Positions 1 through 11,088 are shown, counted from the first letter of the stretch. The stretch: 64,000 nucleotides of DNA from an uncultured Desulfuromonas sp. (GCA_964536375.1 CAZHXF010000001.1:24107-88106); one strand, 5' to 3'. Notes: a model not told the origin generated them from the sequence alone. A program made the numbers and translations.

Positions 1-522
1 CGGATTATGGCGTTTCTTGATCCGTGGAAAGATCCACAGGATACTGGTTTTCAAATAATTCAAAGCTGGCTCGGATTTGCCGTGGGTGGCATAAAAGGGC
101 AGGGGCTGGGCGAGGGTATGCAGAAGCTGTTTTTTTTGCCCGAGGCTCATACCGATTTTATTTTTTCGGTGGTAGGTGAAGAGCTTGGCTTTGTGGCAGT
201 GGTGATTATAATCACCATGTTTCTAGGTATAGTGTTGCTGGGGTTGCGCGTAGCCAGCCACTCTGAAGATGGTTTTGGTCGTCTGACGGCTTTCGGAATC
301 AGCATGTTGTTCGGTTTGCAGGCGTTTGCCAATATGGCGGTGGTTATGGGTCTGGTGCCTAATAAAGGGTTAGCGTTGCCTTTGGTTTCTTACGGTGGCA
401 CTAGCCTGTTGTGCAATTTGTTTGCGCTGGGAGTGTTGCTAAATGTGTCGAGTCATACGCTCCAGGCAGGACAAGGGCAGTTGTCGGGTAAACTAGCCAG
501 AAAACGAAAAGTAGGAAACTAG
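1..522 (+). CDS. ftsW: FtsW/SEDS-family peptidoglycan glycosyltransferase, C-terminal part (5' end lies outside the window)
   Basis: The frame is open from nt 1. The translation (GQGLGEG, LPEAHTDFIFS, GEELGF, PNKGLALPLVSYGGTSLL) is the conserved SEDS C-terminal core. The gene lies directly upstream of murG, as in dcw clusters. Confidence 0.85.
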   Translation, partial: RIMAFLDPWKDPQDTGFQIIQSWLGFAVGGIKGQGLGEGMQKLFFLPEAHTDFIFSVVGEELGFVAVVIIITMFLGIVLLGLRVASHSEDGFGRLTAFGISMLFGLQAFANMAVVMGLVPNKGLALPLVSYGGTSLLCNLFALGVLLNVSSHTLQAGQGQLSGKLARKRKVGN

Positions 523-524
523 TT

Positions 525-1601
525 ATGAAATATCTCTTTGCTGGTGGTGGCACCGGTGGCCACATCTTTCCTGCTCTAGCTATTGCTCAGCGGGCGCAAC
601 AGAGTGACTCTAACGCGCAGATACTGTTTGTCGGCACACGGCGTGGTATTGAAAGCCGGGTAGTGGAGCCGCAGGGTTTTGCTATCCGCTATCTTGATTT
701 CAGTGGTTTTGTTGGTCAAAAATTGCACAGGAAGCTGGTGGTGCTGGGTAAGCTGGTTACTAGCACGTGCCAGGCGCTGAAGATTCTGGCTGAGTTTACT
801 CCCGATGTGGTTGTTGGCGTGGGCGGTTACGCTTCGTTGCCAATTTTGGTGGCCGCAGCACTGCGTCGCATTCCGGTGGTACTGCACGAGCAGAACGCCA
901 TCGCCGGGTTGGCAAACCGTGTGGCCGCATTGTGGGCGGGACGGATATGTGTATCACTACCTCAAGGGGCCGAAGCTTTCGCTGGTAAATCCGTGGTCCT
1001 TACCGGTAATCCGGTGCGCCAAGAGCTGTTTGCCTGTCGTCCTTGGACGGGAGAAACACCGCAATTACTGGTGTTTGGTGGCAGCCAGGGGGCAGCAGCT
1101 ATTAATGCCGCAGTGCTGGCAGTGTTGCCCCAGGTTGTTGAGCAGGTGCCAAACCTGAAGATTGTGCACCAGACGGGGGAGCAGCACTATGCTGATGTAG
1201 TTGCCCAATATGCGCGCTGTGGTTTCACTAATGTTGAGGTGCTACCATTTATAGAGGATATGCCTAAGGTCTATGGCGCCAGTCAGTTGGTGGTGTGTCG
1301 TTCCGGGGCAACTACTGTAGCTGAGTTAGCCGCTTGTGGGCGTCCGGCAATTCTGATCCCCTTTCCGCAGGCCGCGGCAGATCATCAGACCAGTAACGCG
1401 CAGGCTATGGTGGCTGAGGACGCTGCGCTGTTGATCCCCCAACAGCAACTGGCTGAACGTTTGGGACCAAGTATCGTTGAGCTGTTGAACCAGCCGGAGA
1501 AATTGCACTATATGGGGAAGCAGGCGCGACGTTTGGGGGCCAAGGGGGCAGCTGATTTGATTTTAAACGAGTGCCGTATCGTGGTACAGAAACGGAAATA
1601 G
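525..1601 (+). CDS. murG: UDP-N-acetylglucosamine--N-acetylmuramyl-(pentapeptide) pyrophosphoryl-undecaprenol N-acetylglucosamine transferase
   Basis: 358-aa ORF with the N-terminal [12 protein letters not shown] motif and a C-terminal GT28 fold signature ([18 protein letters not shown]). It occupies the expected dcw position. Confidence 0.95.
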   Translation: MKYLFAGGGTGGHIFPALAIAQRAQQSDSNAQILFVGTRRGIESRVVEPQGFAIRYLDFSGFVGQKLHRKLVVLGKLVTSTCQALKILAEFTPDVVVGVGGYASLPILVAAALRRIPVVLHEQNAIAGLANRVAALWAGRICVSLPQGAEAFAGKSVVLTGNPVRQELFACRPWTGETPQLLVFGGSQGAAAINAAVLAVLPQVVEQVPNLKIVHQTGEQHYADVVAQYARCGFTNVEVLPFIEDMPKVYGASQLVVCRSGATTVAELAACGRPAILIPFPQAAADHQTSNAQAMVAEDAALLIPQQQLAERLGPSIVELLNQPEKLHYMGKQARRLGAKGAADLILNECRIVVQKRK

Positions 1602-1603
1602 CT

Positions 1604-2974
1604 ATGTATGGAAAAATTCGTCACATCCATTTTGTAGGTATTGGTGGTATCGGCATGAGCGGCATTGCTGAGGTGTTACTGAATCTGGGCTATCAAGTGT
1701 CCGGATCCGACCTGCGTGTTAGTGATATCACCCAGCGCTTGGAACAACTGGGTGGAGTTATATACGCTGGGCATGCACCAGAAAATGTTGCAGCAGCGCA
1801 GGTGGTTGTTACCAGTACGGCTGTGGCACAGGATAATCCAGAGGTGGTGGAGGCGCACCGCTTATTGGTGCCAGTTATCCCGCGAGCTGAAATGCTGGCC
1901 GAGCTTATGCGTATGAAATATGGTATCGCTATCGCCGGAACTCACGGTAAGACCACTACCACCAGTATGGTTGCTACTCTGTTGTCACAGGGCGGGGTGG
2001 ATCCGACAACAGTAGTTGGTGGTCGCCTCAATTCCTTGGGAACCAATGCAAAATTGGGTCAAGGTAAATTTATGGTAGTTGAGGCAGATGAATCAGATGG
2101 TTCATTTTTAAAGTTATCGCCAACCATCGCTGTGGTTACCAATGTTGATATTGATCATCTCGACTACTATTCTGGTTTAGATGAAATCTGTGCGGTGTTT
2201 ATTGATTTTATCAATAAAATTCCCTTTTACGGTCTTGCCGTTTTGTGTCTCGATGATACGAACATTCAGGCACTGTTGCCTCGGGTAGAAAAACGTTATG
2301 TTACCTATGGTTTGACTCCGCAGGCTGATTATCGTGCTGTTGATATTGAGTATAAAGCTGGCGGAACAGCATTCAGCGTATTATTTCATAATCAAGAGAT
2401 GGGGCGTATGTGCCTGGATATGCCCGGAGAGCACAATGTGTTGAATGCCTTGGCCGCCATGGCAGTGGCGCGCGAACTGGATTTAAGCGCTGAAACTATC
2501 CGTCAGGGGTTTGCCGCCTTTGCCGGAGTGCAGCGCCGTTTTCAGATTAAATATGATCAGGAGATAATGGTTGTCGATGACTACGGGCATCATCCGGCTG
2601 AGATCAAGGCTACTCTGTCTGCGGCACGCAGTGGCTGGGAGCGGCGAATTGTGGCAGTGTTCCAGCCCCACCGTTATAGCCGTACGCAGGCGTTGTTTGC
2701 TGATTTCGTCACCACATTTTTCCAGGCCGATTGCTTGATTGTGATGGATATTTATGCTGCTGGTGAGGCGGAAATTCCTGGCATCAACGGGCAGATGCTG
2801 GCTCAGGCTGTTGCGGAACATGGGCACCGTAATGTGAGTTATGCTGCCAGTGCTCAGCAGGCAGTGGAGCAACTGCGAGAGATACTTAAGCCCGGTGATA
2901 TGGTGATAACTTTAGGGGCCGGATCGGTATGGAAGGTTGGTGAGCAGCTAATTGCTACCCTGCCGCTTGACTGA
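1604..2974 (+). CDS. murC: UDP-N-acetylmuramate--L-alanine ligase
   Basis: Mur ligase motifs are present ([33 protein letters not shown]). The ATG at 1604 lies 3 nt after the murG stop and gives the family-typical N-terminus [10 protein letters not shown]. The ORF-track start at 1571 is an upstream extension into murG. Confidence 0.95.
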   Translation: MYGKIRHIHFVGIGGIGMSGIAEVLLNLGYQVSGSDLRVSDITQRLEQLGGVIYAGHAPENVAAAQVVVTSTAVAQDNPEVVEAHRLLVPVIPRAEMLAELMRMKYGIAIAGTHGKTTTTSMVATLLSQGGVDPTTVVGGRLNSLGTNAKLGQGKFMVVEADESDGSFLKLSPTIAVVTNVDIDHLDYYSGLDEICAVFIDFINKIPFYGLAVLCLDDTNIQALLPRVEKRYVTYGLTPQADYRAVDIEYKAGGTAFSVLFHNQEMGRMCLDMPGEHNVLNALAAMAVARELDLSAETIRQGFAAFAGVQRRFQIKYDQEIMVVDDYGHHPAEIKATLSAARSGWERRIVAVFQPHRYSRTQALFADFVTTFFQADCLIVMDIYAAGEAEIPGINGQMLAQAVAEHGHRNVSYAASAQQAVEQLREILKPGDMVITLGAGSVWKVGEQLIATLPLD

Positions 2975-2984
2975 GAGTTGTGCT

Positions 2985-3932
2985 ATGCAATGGTGCGTCG
3001 AGACAATCCGAGAACAGTGGGGTATCAGGGGCGAGTGTCTGACAGATGAGCCTCTTGCTCCACTGACGACTTGGAAGGTTGGCGGTAGTGCTGATTTGCT
3101 GGTGCGCCCGCTGGATCTGGAAGATGTCCACGCCCTGTTTGTTTTTTTGCGCCATTATCGCTTGCCATGGATAGTTCTTGGTGGCGGGAGTAATATCTTA
3201 ATTGCTGATGGCGGTGTGCGTGGAGTAGTAATCCAGCTCAGTGATATGAATTACATCATACCCTGCGGTGAGTGCCAGCTGAGAGTTGGGGCAGGTTGCA
3301 AGCTCAGACATCTTGTAATCGAGACAGCACGCTTGGGTTATACCGGGCTTGAATCTTTAGCAGGCATCCCCGGTAGTGTCGGTGGCGCCGTTGTGGGTAA
3401 CGCCGGAGCTTTGGGGCAGCAAGTAGGTGACTGCGTGGATTCTGCTGTGGTGGCGGAGTTGACTGCAGTAGAGCGTTGGTCCAAAGATGAGTTTGCCTTT
3501 GAGTATCGTCGCAGCGCGATTCAGCCTCAACATGCGTTGTTGGAGATAGTGTTCAATTTCCACCGCTGTGAGCCTGAGACTCTGAAGAAAAAGATAAAGT
3601 TAGCCCGTCTGCACCGCCGTCAGGCACAAGCGGTAATGGGGGCTAGCGCAGGTTCGGTTTTTAAAAATCCGGATGGGCAGCAGGCTTGGAAGTTGATAGT
3701 TGCCAGTGGTGTGCAGGGTGAAGTGGTCGGTGGTGCCCAGGTGTCCAAGCAACATGCAAACTTTATAGTTAATAACGGTGGTGCAACAGCAGAGGATATT
3801 ATTAAGCTGATGTCACTGGTGCAACAACAGGTAGCGGGGAAAACTGGTTATCGTTTAGAGCCAGAGGTGAATATGCTGGGTGATTTTGCCGATCTTGCGC
3901 CGCAGGTAGCGATTATTGTCAATGGTCCTTGA
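2985..3932 (+). CDS. murB: UDP-N-acetylenolpyruvoylglucosamine reductase
   Basis: FAD-binding PCMH-type domain (LAPLTTWKVGGSADLL, LGGGSNIL) and the MurB C-terminal domain (GSVFKNP, GGAQVSKQHANFIVN). The ATG at 2985 follows the murC stop at 2974. The start is approximate. Confidence 0.9.
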   Translation: MQWCVETIREQWGIRGECLTDEPLAPLTTWKVGGSADLLVRPLDLEDVHALFVFLRHYRLPWIVLGGGSNILIADGGVRGVVIQLSDMNYIIPCGECQLRVGAGCKLRHLVIETARLGYTGLESLAGIPGSVGGAVVGNAGALGQQVGDCVDSAVVAELTAVERWSKDEFAFEYRRSAIQPQHALLEIVFNFHRCEPETLKKKIKLARLHRRQAQAVMGASAGSVFKNPDGQQAWKLIVASGVQGEVVGGAQVSKQHANFIVNNGGATAEDIIKLMSLVQQQVAGKTGYRLEPEVNMLGDFADLAPQVAIIVNGP

Positions 3933-3960
3933 GCTGGAGTAATGGCAGGAGTTTGAACTG

Positions 3961-4893
3961 ATGGATGTTGAACAGATAAAATCGAAAAGAATAGCAGTAA
4001 TTATGGGTGGGGTATCCGCTGAGCGTGAGGTTTCGTTGCGCACTGGGGCTGCAGTGCTTGAGGCTTTGCTCGCCAGAGGTTATGACGCAGTCGGCATTGA
4101 TGCGACCAAAAATTTACCGGCTCAGTTGCTAGAGTGTGGAGCGCAGGTGGCTTTTATCGCTGTTCATGGTCGCCACGGTGAGGACGGAACCCTGCAGGGG
4201 CTGCTAGAAATAATGGGAATTCCCTACACTGGCAGTGGTGTTCTGGCGTCAGCTTTAGCGATAGATAAACATATCGCCAAGCAGATGGTGGCAAACGTGG
4301 TGACAACGCCGCCTGCCTTTCTGGTTGATGAACACGATGATGTGTCGGCTTTATGCCAAGCTTGTAAAGAATATCCGCAGGTGGTGAAACCAGTGCGTGA
4401 GGGCTCCACTTTAGGCATAAGTATTGTGGATGATGCGGCGCAATTAGCAACGGCAATAGTTGCGGCACGATGCTATGACAAACGGGTGTTGGTGGAGAAG
4501 TTTGTGGCGGGGCGTGAAGTTACAGTGGGGGTACTCAATGGGCAGCCTTTGCCGGTAATTGAGGTGGTGCCCGCTGATGGTTTCTACGATTACGCTGCCA
4601 AGTATACCGCTGGCACTACCCAGTATCTGGTGCCGGCACCGCTGTCTGTTGACACTTATGCGGCATTGCAGGATGCTGCCCAGCGCTGTTGTGCCAAATT
4701 GGGTTGCCGCGGCGCAGCGCGGGTGGATTTTATTGTCAGCAATGATGTTGTGGGAGAATTTTATTTTCTTGAAGTGAATACCATACCGGGTATGACTAAA
4801 ACCAGCCTGTTGCCGAAAGCGGCTGCTTGTTCCGGTATAGAATTTGCATCCTTGGTTGAGCTAATTGTAACAGAAGCGTCTCTTGATCGTTGA
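3961..4893 (+). CDS. ddl: D-alanine--D-alanine ligase
   Basis: ATP-grasp Ddl signatures are present (IAVIMGGVSAEREVSL, HGRHGEDGTLQGLLE, FLEVNTIPGMT). It occupies the expected dcw position. Confidence 0.93.
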   Translation: MDVEQIKSKRIAVIMGGVSAEREVSLRTGAAVLEALLARGYDAVGIDATKNLPAQLLECGAQVAFIAVHGRHGEDGTLQGLLEIMGIPYTGSGVLASALAIDKHIAKQMVANVVTTPPAFLVDEHDDVSALCQACKEYPQVVKPVREGSTLGISIVDDAAQLATAIVAARCYDKRVLVEKFVAGREVTVGVLNGQPLPVIEVVPADGFYDYAAKYTAGTTQYLVPAPLSVDTYAALQDAAQRCCAKLGCRGAARVDFIVSNDVVGEFYFLEVNTIPGMTKTSLLPKAAACSGIEFASLVELIVTEASLDR

Positions 4894-4923
4894 TTGCACT
4901 TAATAAAGTAGTTTTTAGATAAT

Positions 4924-5775
4924 ATGCGTTATGTTAAACCGGGAACCGGCAAACAGCGATTGTTAAACAAGCGGGAAACCCGTAACGTGCGCACACAACA
5001 ACGTTGGGATTGGAAAAAGCTATCTGTCCGCATCCTGCGCTGGTTTATGGTTATTAGTTGTGCGCTGTTGCTGGTTGGTGGTGTGCTACTGTTGGTTAAA
5101 ATCATTGTCGATTCTGATCATTTCACAGTACAGACCATTGAAGTGAGTGGCAATAAGCGCTTGGTAAGTCAGGATGTGATTGAGCTGTCAGATATTCGAC
5201 AGGGAGTTAGCACTTTTGACTTGGATCTGGAAATTATCGGTCAGAAGCTGGCCGAGAACGATTGGATACGCAGCGCGTACATAATGCGTAAATTGCCTCA
5301 AGGTATTGTAATTGATATCAGCGAACGCGAGGCGGTATTCATTATCAACCTTGATTATCTATACTATGTTGATAGTGAAGGCGAAATATTTAAGGTGTTG
5401 CGCGGCGGGGATACGCTGGATTATCCATTAGTGACAGGTATTGATCGCCAGCAATTGCTTGACGATCCTCAGCAGGCAACCGAGCGGCTCCAGTACATAG
5501 CTAAGATGATTATTGATTTACAGCAGCGTAAATTTTTTAATACCAAATGGGTCGCGCAGATTAATATTGATCCCAAGGGCGGCTATACTTTGTATACAGA
5601 TCCTTTAGGGGTGCCGATACGGGTCGGGACCAGTGACTTTAGCGGGAAAATTGATCGTCTTGAGCAGGTTTTTGCTGAGATAAAACAAAGGTTGCCGCTG
5701 CTGGAATATATTGATCTTAGCGTACCCGATGAAGTTATCGTTAAAACTGTTGGTCATAGTGAGCAGATTGATTAG
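4924..5775 (+). CDS. ftsQ: Cell division protein FtsQ/DivIB (POTRA domain)
   Basis: 283 aa, with a basic N-terminus, one TM helix (ISCALLLVGGVLLLV) and a POTRA-like segment (IEVSGNKRLVSQDVI). It lies between ddl and ftsA. Confidence 0.85.
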   Translation: MRYVKPGTGKQRLLNKRETRNVRTQQRWDWKKLSVRILRWFMVISCALLLVGGVLLLVKIIVDSDHFTVQTIEVSGNKRLVSQDVIELSDIRQGVSTFDLDLEIIGQKLAENDWIRSAYIMRKLPQGIVIDISEREAVFIINLDYLYYVDSEGEIFKVLRGGDTLDYPLVTGIDRQQLLDDPQQATERLQYIAKMIIDLQQRKFFNTKWVAQINIDPKGGYTLYTDPLGVPIRVGTSDFSGKIDRLEQVFAEIKQRLPLLEYIDLSVPDEVIVKTVGHSEQID

Positions 5776-5902
5776 ATTGTCCAGTTACTATTTTATTCAG
5801 CGTGAAATTATGCTGAACTCTCCAATATAGCAGCGCTATAGCCTGGGGAGTTGGACCGTGGGATACAAACGGTTACCTGGTAACCTTTTGGGAAGGATGG
5901 GA

Positions 5903-7135
5903 ATGAGCAGCAACCGTAAGGAAAACCTTATTGTCGGTCTTGATATAGGCACAACCAAAATTTGTACCATAATTGGCAGCATGACAGAAAATGGTCTTGA
6001 AATTGTCGGTATTGGCACCAGTCCGTCTAAGGGGTTACGCAAAGGGGTTGTGATCAACATTGAGAGCACGGTTGAAGCTATTCGCAAGGCGCTGCAAGAG
6101 GCCGAGCTGATGGCGGGATGTGAGATTAACTCAGTGTTCGCTGGCATTGCCGGAGCACACATCACTGGGTTGAACTCTCAAGGTGTGATCGCGATTAAAA
6201 ACCGTGAGGTAACTGTGGAAGATATCCAGCGGGTAATTGATGCGGCCAAAGCTATAGCCATTCCTATGGATCGTGAAGTTATTCATGTCCTGCCGCAAGA
6301 GTATATTATTGATGATCAGGACGGTATTAAAGAGCCGCTGGGTATGAGCGGTGTCCGACTGGAAGCTAAGGTGCATATTGTCACCGGCGCTGTTGCCAGT
6401 GCGCAGAACATTATCAAGTGTTGTAATAAGGCCAATGTTAACGTAGCAGATATTGTACTCGAGCCGTTGGCCTCAGCTGAAGCAGTGTTGTCGGCAGATG
6501 AAAAAGAGTTAGGGGTCGCCATTATCGACATCGGCGGCGGTACTACCGATCTGGCTATCTTTGTCGATGGGGCAATCAAGCACACCTCGGTGCTGGCGTT
6601 GGGTGGTAATCATCTTACCAATGACATTGCTGTAGGTTTGCGTACTCCTATGGCGGAAGCGGAACGCATCAAACGTACCTATGGTAGTTGCATGACCAGC
6701 GGTATAGGTAAAGATGAGACCATAGAAGTTCCCTCCGTGGGCGGGCGCGAACCCCGTATATTGTCGAGGCAACTGTTGGCAGAAATCTTAGAGCCACGGG
6801 TAGAGGAGATTTTTAATCTGGTGAATCGTGAGATTGTGCGCAGTGGCTACGAAGATCTTATTGCCTCGGGGATAGTTATAACCGGCGGTACCAGTATTTT
6901 ACCGGGAATGCCTGAGTTGGCTGAACAGATTTTCGATCTGCCGGTGCGCCGTGGTTCGCCTCAGGGGGTGGGTGGTTTGATTGATGTGGTTAATTCACCT
7001 ATATACGCAACTGGAGTTGGCTTGGTGATTTATGGTAGCCGCAATCAGCACAGCGAAAACTTTTCCATAGGACAAGAGAAAGTATTTGAAAAAGTTATGC
7101 GCCGAATGAAAGAGTGGTTTGGCGAATTTTTTTAG
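5903..7135 (+). CDS. ftsA: Cell division protein FtsA (actin-like ATPase)
   Basis: The N-terminus LIVGLDIGTTKI, then DIGGGTTD, and the C-terminal amphipathic tail KEWFGEFF are present. The ATG at 5903 is preceded by GGAAGGA at 5891-5897. The ORF-track start at 5858 is probably an over-extension. Confidence 0.93.
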   Translation: MSSNRKENLIVGLDIGTTKICTIIGSMTENGLEIVGIGTSPSKGLRKGVVINIESTVEAIRKALQEAELMAGCEINSVFAGIAGAHITGLNSQGVIAIKNREVTVEDIQRVIDAAKAIAIPMDREVIHVLPQEYIIDDQDGIKEPLGMSGVRLEAKVHIVTGAVASAQNIIKCCNKANVNVADIVLEPLASAEAVLSADEKELGVAIIDIGGGTTDLAIFVDGAIKHTSVLALGGNHLTNDIAVGLRTPMAEAERIKRTYGSCMTSGIGKDETIEVPSVGGREPRILSRQLLAEILEPRVEEIFNLVNREIVRSGYEDLIASGIVITGGTSILPGMPELAEQIFDLPVRRGSPQGVGGLIDVVNSPIYATGVGLVIYGSRNQHSENFSIGQEKVFEKVMRRMKEWFGEFF

Positions 7136-7240
7136 TAAGTTGTAGCTCACGATCGCTGGATTGCTGAGCTAAAATAATACGGATTGCTGGCGCCGTTTAC
7201 GGAGAGAATAGCACCAGTCTATTAACATGCAGGGGGAGTC

Positions 7241-8389
7241 ATGTTTGAATTTGATGAAACACTAGATCAAACCGCAAAAATTAAGGTTATTGGTGTTGGT
7301 GGTGGTGGTAGTAATGTTGTTGATGCCATGATCAATGCCAATATTACCGGGGTTGAGTTTATTGTCGCTAACACTGATGCTCAGGCACTGAAGCGCAGTA
7401 TCGCATCCATGAAGGTCCAGCTTGGCACCAAGTTAACCAAGGGGCTGGGCGCTGGTGCTAGCCCGGATACCGGGCGCGATGCGGCTATGGAAGACAGAAG
7501 CCGTATTAGCGAATTGCTGGCTGGAGCCGACATGGTTTTTGTTGCCTGTGGTTTAGGTGGCGGTACCGGTACCGGTGCCGCACCTGTTATTGCTGAGGTT
7601 GCCAAGGAGATCGGTGCTTTAACTGTTGGCGTGGTAACCAAGCCGTTTACCCGTGAGGGTCGGCAACGGTTAATCAAAGCTGAAAGTGGTGTCGAAGAGC
7701 TGAAGAAGGTTGTTGACTCCCTGATTGTTATCCCAAATGACCGTCTTGTTGGGCTGGCTGGCAAAAACATGAGCATACTAGATGCGTTCAAACCATCAGA
7801 CGATGTGTTGCGCCAGGCAGTACAGGGTATCTCAGATCTGATAACGACCAGTGGTTTAATCAACGTCGACTTTGCCGATGTTAAATCGGTGATGAGCGAG
7901 CGTGGTATGGCGATGATGGGTATCGGTGTTGCTTCAGGGGAAAAACGCGCCAGCGAAGCGGCTCAGCAAGCTATCAGTAGTCCACTGCTCGAAGATATCG
8001 ACATCTCCGGGGCCAAGGGGGTGCTGGTAAATATCTCCGGTTCGAGCAGCATGACCATGGAGGAGTTTGACGAAGCATCGCGCATTGTCCATGAGAAGGT
8101 GCACGAAGATGCCAATATCATTGTTGGTCTGGTTATCAATGAAGATCTTGGAGACGAGATCAAAATAACTGCGATCGCAACCGGTTTTGGCGATTCCTTT
8201 GAAAAAAACAAATGTCATCTAAAAAATCTTAAAAGTGATGCAGCGAAGATGATCGGCTCTAGGGTTGATTTGGATGTGCCCACTATCATTCGTAATCAAC
8301 AACGTGATGCGGCGCGCTCGATGCGTATGCAGGGTCGTCAAGATGATGAATACGATATTCCCACTTTTTTGCGCAAGCGTATTGATTGA
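7241..8389 (+). CDS. ftsZ: Cell division GTPase FtsZ
   Basis: Tubulin signature [13 protein letters not shown], an N-terminal [10 protein letters not shown], and a conserved C-terminal peptide [19 protein letters not shown] lies upstream. Confidence 0.98.
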   Translation: MFEFDETLDQTAKIKVIGVGGGGSNVVDAMINANITGVEFIVANTDAQALKRSIASMKVQLGTKLTKGLGAGASPDTGRDAAMEDRSRISELLAGADMVFVACGLGGGTGTGAAPVIAEVAKEIGALTVGVVTKPFTREGRQRLIKAESGVEELKKVVDSLIVIPNDRLVGLAGKNMSILDAFKPSDDVLRQAVQGISDLITTSGLINVDFADVKSVMSERGMAMMGIGVASGEKRASEAAQQAISSPLLEDIDISGAKGVLVNISGSSSMTMEEFDEASRIVHEKVHEDANIIVGLVINEDLGDEIKITAIATGFGDSFEKNKCHLKNLKSDAAKMIGSRVDLDVPTIIRNQQRDAARSMRMQGRQDDEYDIPTFLRKRID

Positions 8390-8524
8390 TTAAGTGTAAT
8401 TACTGCTTGGCATTATGCCGTGAGTCAGGCAGTCCCAGTTGTCCAGTCAGCGGTCTCCGTCCGTGTAGCTGGATAGGTTATACAGACAGCTGTCAGGTAT
8501 AACTCCCTCAGATCGGGGACCTTT

Positions 8525-8552
8525 TGGTCCCCGTTTCTTTTTGGTGCGCACG
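8525..8552 (+). terminator. Rho-independent terminator ending the dcw cluster
   Basis: GGGGACC-TTTT-GGTCCCC stem-loop followed by GTTTCTTTTT, about 135 nt after the ftsZ stop. Confidence 0.75.
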
Positions 8553-8609
8553 TTAGGGCGCGGGGTGCGTAGGCACCAGCCATTCAGTATTAGTGATGAC
8601 AGGTGATTT

Positions 8610-10349
8610 ATGTCCCACAGGTTACGCCAGAAACGCCAGCAACTACTAGCCGATGAAACAGGTTGTACCCCCAAAGCCTGGGGTGGTCGCTTGAGCGTGG
8701 CGTTGGTGTATCCAAATACCTATTACCATGCCATGAGCAACCTTGGTTTTCAGGCGGTATACCAATTAATTCAGCAACGCGAAGACTGTCTGTGCGAGCG
8801 TTTTTTTCTGCCTGACCGTGAAGACCTGGAACTGCATCATAAAACTAGCACTGCTCTGGTTTCTCTGGAGAGTGGGCGTGAGCTGAACAACTTCGACATC
8901 GTCGCTTTTTCACTGTCGTTTGAGAACGATTATATCAACCTGCCGACAATTTTTTCTCTGGCACATCTGCCGCTGTGGAGCGAGCAGCGCACAGAAGAGC
9001 ACCCGTTATTCATCGCTGGCGGTATCTGCGCTATGCTCAACCCGGAACCAATTGCTGATTTTATTGATCTATTTGTGATAGGTGAGGCTGAGGTGCTACT
9101 TGGCGAGCTGCTTGATGCCGCTTTGCAAGACTGTAACAGGGGCTCTATACTGGAACAGTTAGCTCGAGCGCGGGGCTTCTATGTGCCAAGTTTATATACC
9201 ATCACCTATGCAGATGACGGCACAGTAGAAGATATTGTTTCCCGTTGCGGTGCTAGTTTTCCGGTGCAGCGCTGTTGGTTAGCCGATTTGGATGACAGCC
9301 GCTGTCAAAGCTTAATTAAAACCCCCCATACTGCGTTTGGCAACATGGACCTGATTGAAGTATCGCGTGGCTGTAGCCGTGGATGCCGCTTTTGCGCCAC
9401 CGGTTTTGCCTATTTACCGCCGCGGGAAAAAAGTGCTGCTAAAGTACTGGAACAATTACAGTCGCATTTAGAAGTTAGTAGCACTGCGGGGCTGGTAGGA
9501 GCTGCGGTATCTGATTATTCTAACCTAGATGAAGTGACCAAGCAGGTTATTGCTCAAGGAGCTGACGTGTCGGTGGCGAGTTTGCGGGTAGATACCATGA
9601 CGAGAGAGCAGGTGCGGGTACTTAAACAGGGTGGGCAGAAAACATTGTCGTTGGCTCCTGAGGCTGGTAGTCAGCGGCTACGCGATGTAATTAATAAGAA
9701 CTTGAGTGAAGAGCAGATAATTTCTGCAGTCGAAATAATGGCTCAGGAGCAGATACTGAACCTCAAATTGTACTTTTTGATTGGTTTACCGACAGAGCAA
9801 CCTGAAGATATTGCTGAGCTGATCGCTTTGACGGAAAAGATCCGTCAGGTTTGGATTGCGGCGCAGCGCCAGCATGGACGTTTGGGCACCATCACCCTGT
9901 CGGTCAATCCTTTTATTCCCAAACCACAGACGCCATTTCAATGGAGCGGTATGGCAAATATCGCAACTTTGAAAAAAACAATTTCAACGTTACGTAAACA
10001 GGTGAACCGCATGGCCAACACTAAGCTGCAAGTAGAATCGTTGCGTAGCGCCGAACTACAGGCAGTGCTGGCGGGTGGTGATAGGCGTATAGCTCATATC
10101 CTGCCGGAGCTCAGTAACGGTGATAATTTAAAAGCAGCGTGTCGTAAACATGAACTTGATCCAAAATTTTATGCTCAACGTTTACGTCATCAACATGAGG
10201 TGTTGCCGTGGGATGTGCTGGCTAGCGGTGTCACCCGCAGTTATCTATGGCACGAATATCAACAGGGGCTAAACGGAGCACTTACTCGACCATGTAATAA
10301 TGATTGCCACCGCTGTGGCGTTTGTGCTCCCACTGCTCGTCAAATATAA
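8610..10349 (+). CDS. Radical SAM enzyme of unknown substrate, about 580 aa with an N-terminal B12-binding-like/TIGR03960-like region
   Basis: CX3CX2C motif in EVSRGCSRGCRFCATG. The N-terminal VALVYPNTYYHAMSNLGFQ resembles the uncharacterised large rSAM family. The family assignment is from memory of its motifs. Confidence 0.75.
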   Translation: MSHRLRQKRQQLLADETGCTPKAWGGRLSVALVYPNTYYHAMSNLGFQAVYQLIQQREDCLCERFFLPDREDLELHHKTSTALVSLESGRELNNFDIVAFSLSFENDYINLPTIFSLAHLPLWSEQRTEEHPLFIAGGICAMLNPEPIADFIDLFVIGEAEVLLGELLDAALQDCNRGSILEQLARARGFYVPSLYTITYADDGTVEDIVSRCGASFPVQRCWLADLDDSRCQSLIKTPHTAFGNMDLIEVSRGCSRGCRFCATGFAYLPPREKSAAKVLEQLQSHLEVSSTAGLVGAAVSDYSNLDEVTKQVIAQGADVSVASLRVDTMTREQVRVLKQGGQKTLSLAPEAGSQRLRDVINKNLSEEQIISAVEIMAQEQILNLKLYFLIGLPTEQPEDIAELIALTEKIRQVWIAAQRQHGRLGTITLSVNPFIPKPQTPFQWSGMANIATLKKTISTLRKQVNRMANTKLQVESLRSAELQAVLAGGDRRIAHILPELSNGDNLKAACRKHELDPKFYAQRLRHQHEVLPWDVLASGVTRSYLWHEYQQGLNGALTRPCNNDCHRCGVCAPTARQI

Positions 10350-10360
10350 GGAGAAATATT

Positions 10361-10933
10361 GTGAAGAAATCGTTAGGTGCTAAACCAATAGTCTATCCTA
10401 CTCCTGTATTTTTGCTAGCCAGCTATGCTGAAGATGGTAGCGCTAATGTTATGAATGCAGCTTGGGGCGGGATATGTTGTTCTAACCCTCCCAGTGTTGC
10501 CGTGTCAATTCGTCCCGAGCGTTATAGCTATGCCAACATTATTGCGCGGCAAGCTTTCACTATCAATATCCCATCAACGGCTCAGGTTGTCGCGGCTGAT
10601 TTCTTTGGTTTGGTTTCGGGGCGTGATTTTGACAAGCTAGCTGTGAGTGGTATGGCGGTGGAAAAAGCCGAGTATGTTGATGCTCCGATGCTGACTGATT
10701 GCCCGCTGAGTGTAGAATGTCGCCTGAGTGCTATCCATGAAATTGGGTTACATACGCAACTGGTGGGAGAAATTGTCGATGTTAAAGTTGATGAGGACTG
10801 TTTGGATAGTGCCGGTCAACCAGATATTCGTAAGGTCGATCCATTACTGTTTGCTCCGGGTAATCGGGCTTATTTTGCCGTAGGTGACTTTGTTGGTAAG
10901 GCTTTTGCATCGGGAAAGGTGTTGATTCCTTAG
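10361..10933 (+). CDS. Flavin reductase-like (FMN-binding split-barrel) family protein
   Basis: The translation (NVMNAAWGGICCSNPPSVAVSIRPERYSYANI) is typical of the flavin reductase-like domain. The GTG at 10361 has an AAGGAG RBS 7 nt upstream. The ORF-track start at 10304 overlaps the rSAM gene. Confidence 0.7.
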   Translation: MKKSLGAKPIVYPTPVFLLASYAEDGSANVMNAAWGGICCSNPPSVAVSIRPERYSYANIIARQAFTINIPSTAQVVAADFFGLVSGRDFDKLAVSGMAVEKAEYVDAPMLTDCPLSVECRLSAIHEIGLHTQLVGEIVDVKVDEDCLDSAGQPDIRKVDPLLFAPGNRAYFAVGDFVGKAFASGKVLIP

Positions 10934-11088
10934 CGTAGGGTGAACTTTGGTTGTTCGGGCGGTATGGTTAAAATTATCCAGCAACCGAATGGTTTTCTAG
11001 CGCTATATAACGCACCTGCCCTCAGTAGTATGACAATAAGTGGGTCATATTCAGGGCAACATAACCCAGCTACACAAAGGGAGGCTAA

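Noticed and set aside
7381-7863. 160-aa minus-strand ORF inside ftsZ
   Set aside because: It is an antisense shadow of ftsZ. Its Pro/Ala/Ser-rich translation comes from the Gly-rich coding strand, and it has no start context.
8447-8674. 75-aa minus-strand ORF in the ftsZ/radical-SAM intergenic region
   Set aside because: It spans the ftsZ terminator hairpin and overlaps the start of the radical-SAM gene. It has no RBS, and its Arg/Ser/Pro-rich low-complexity translation has no recognisable motif. It is most likely a chance ORF.
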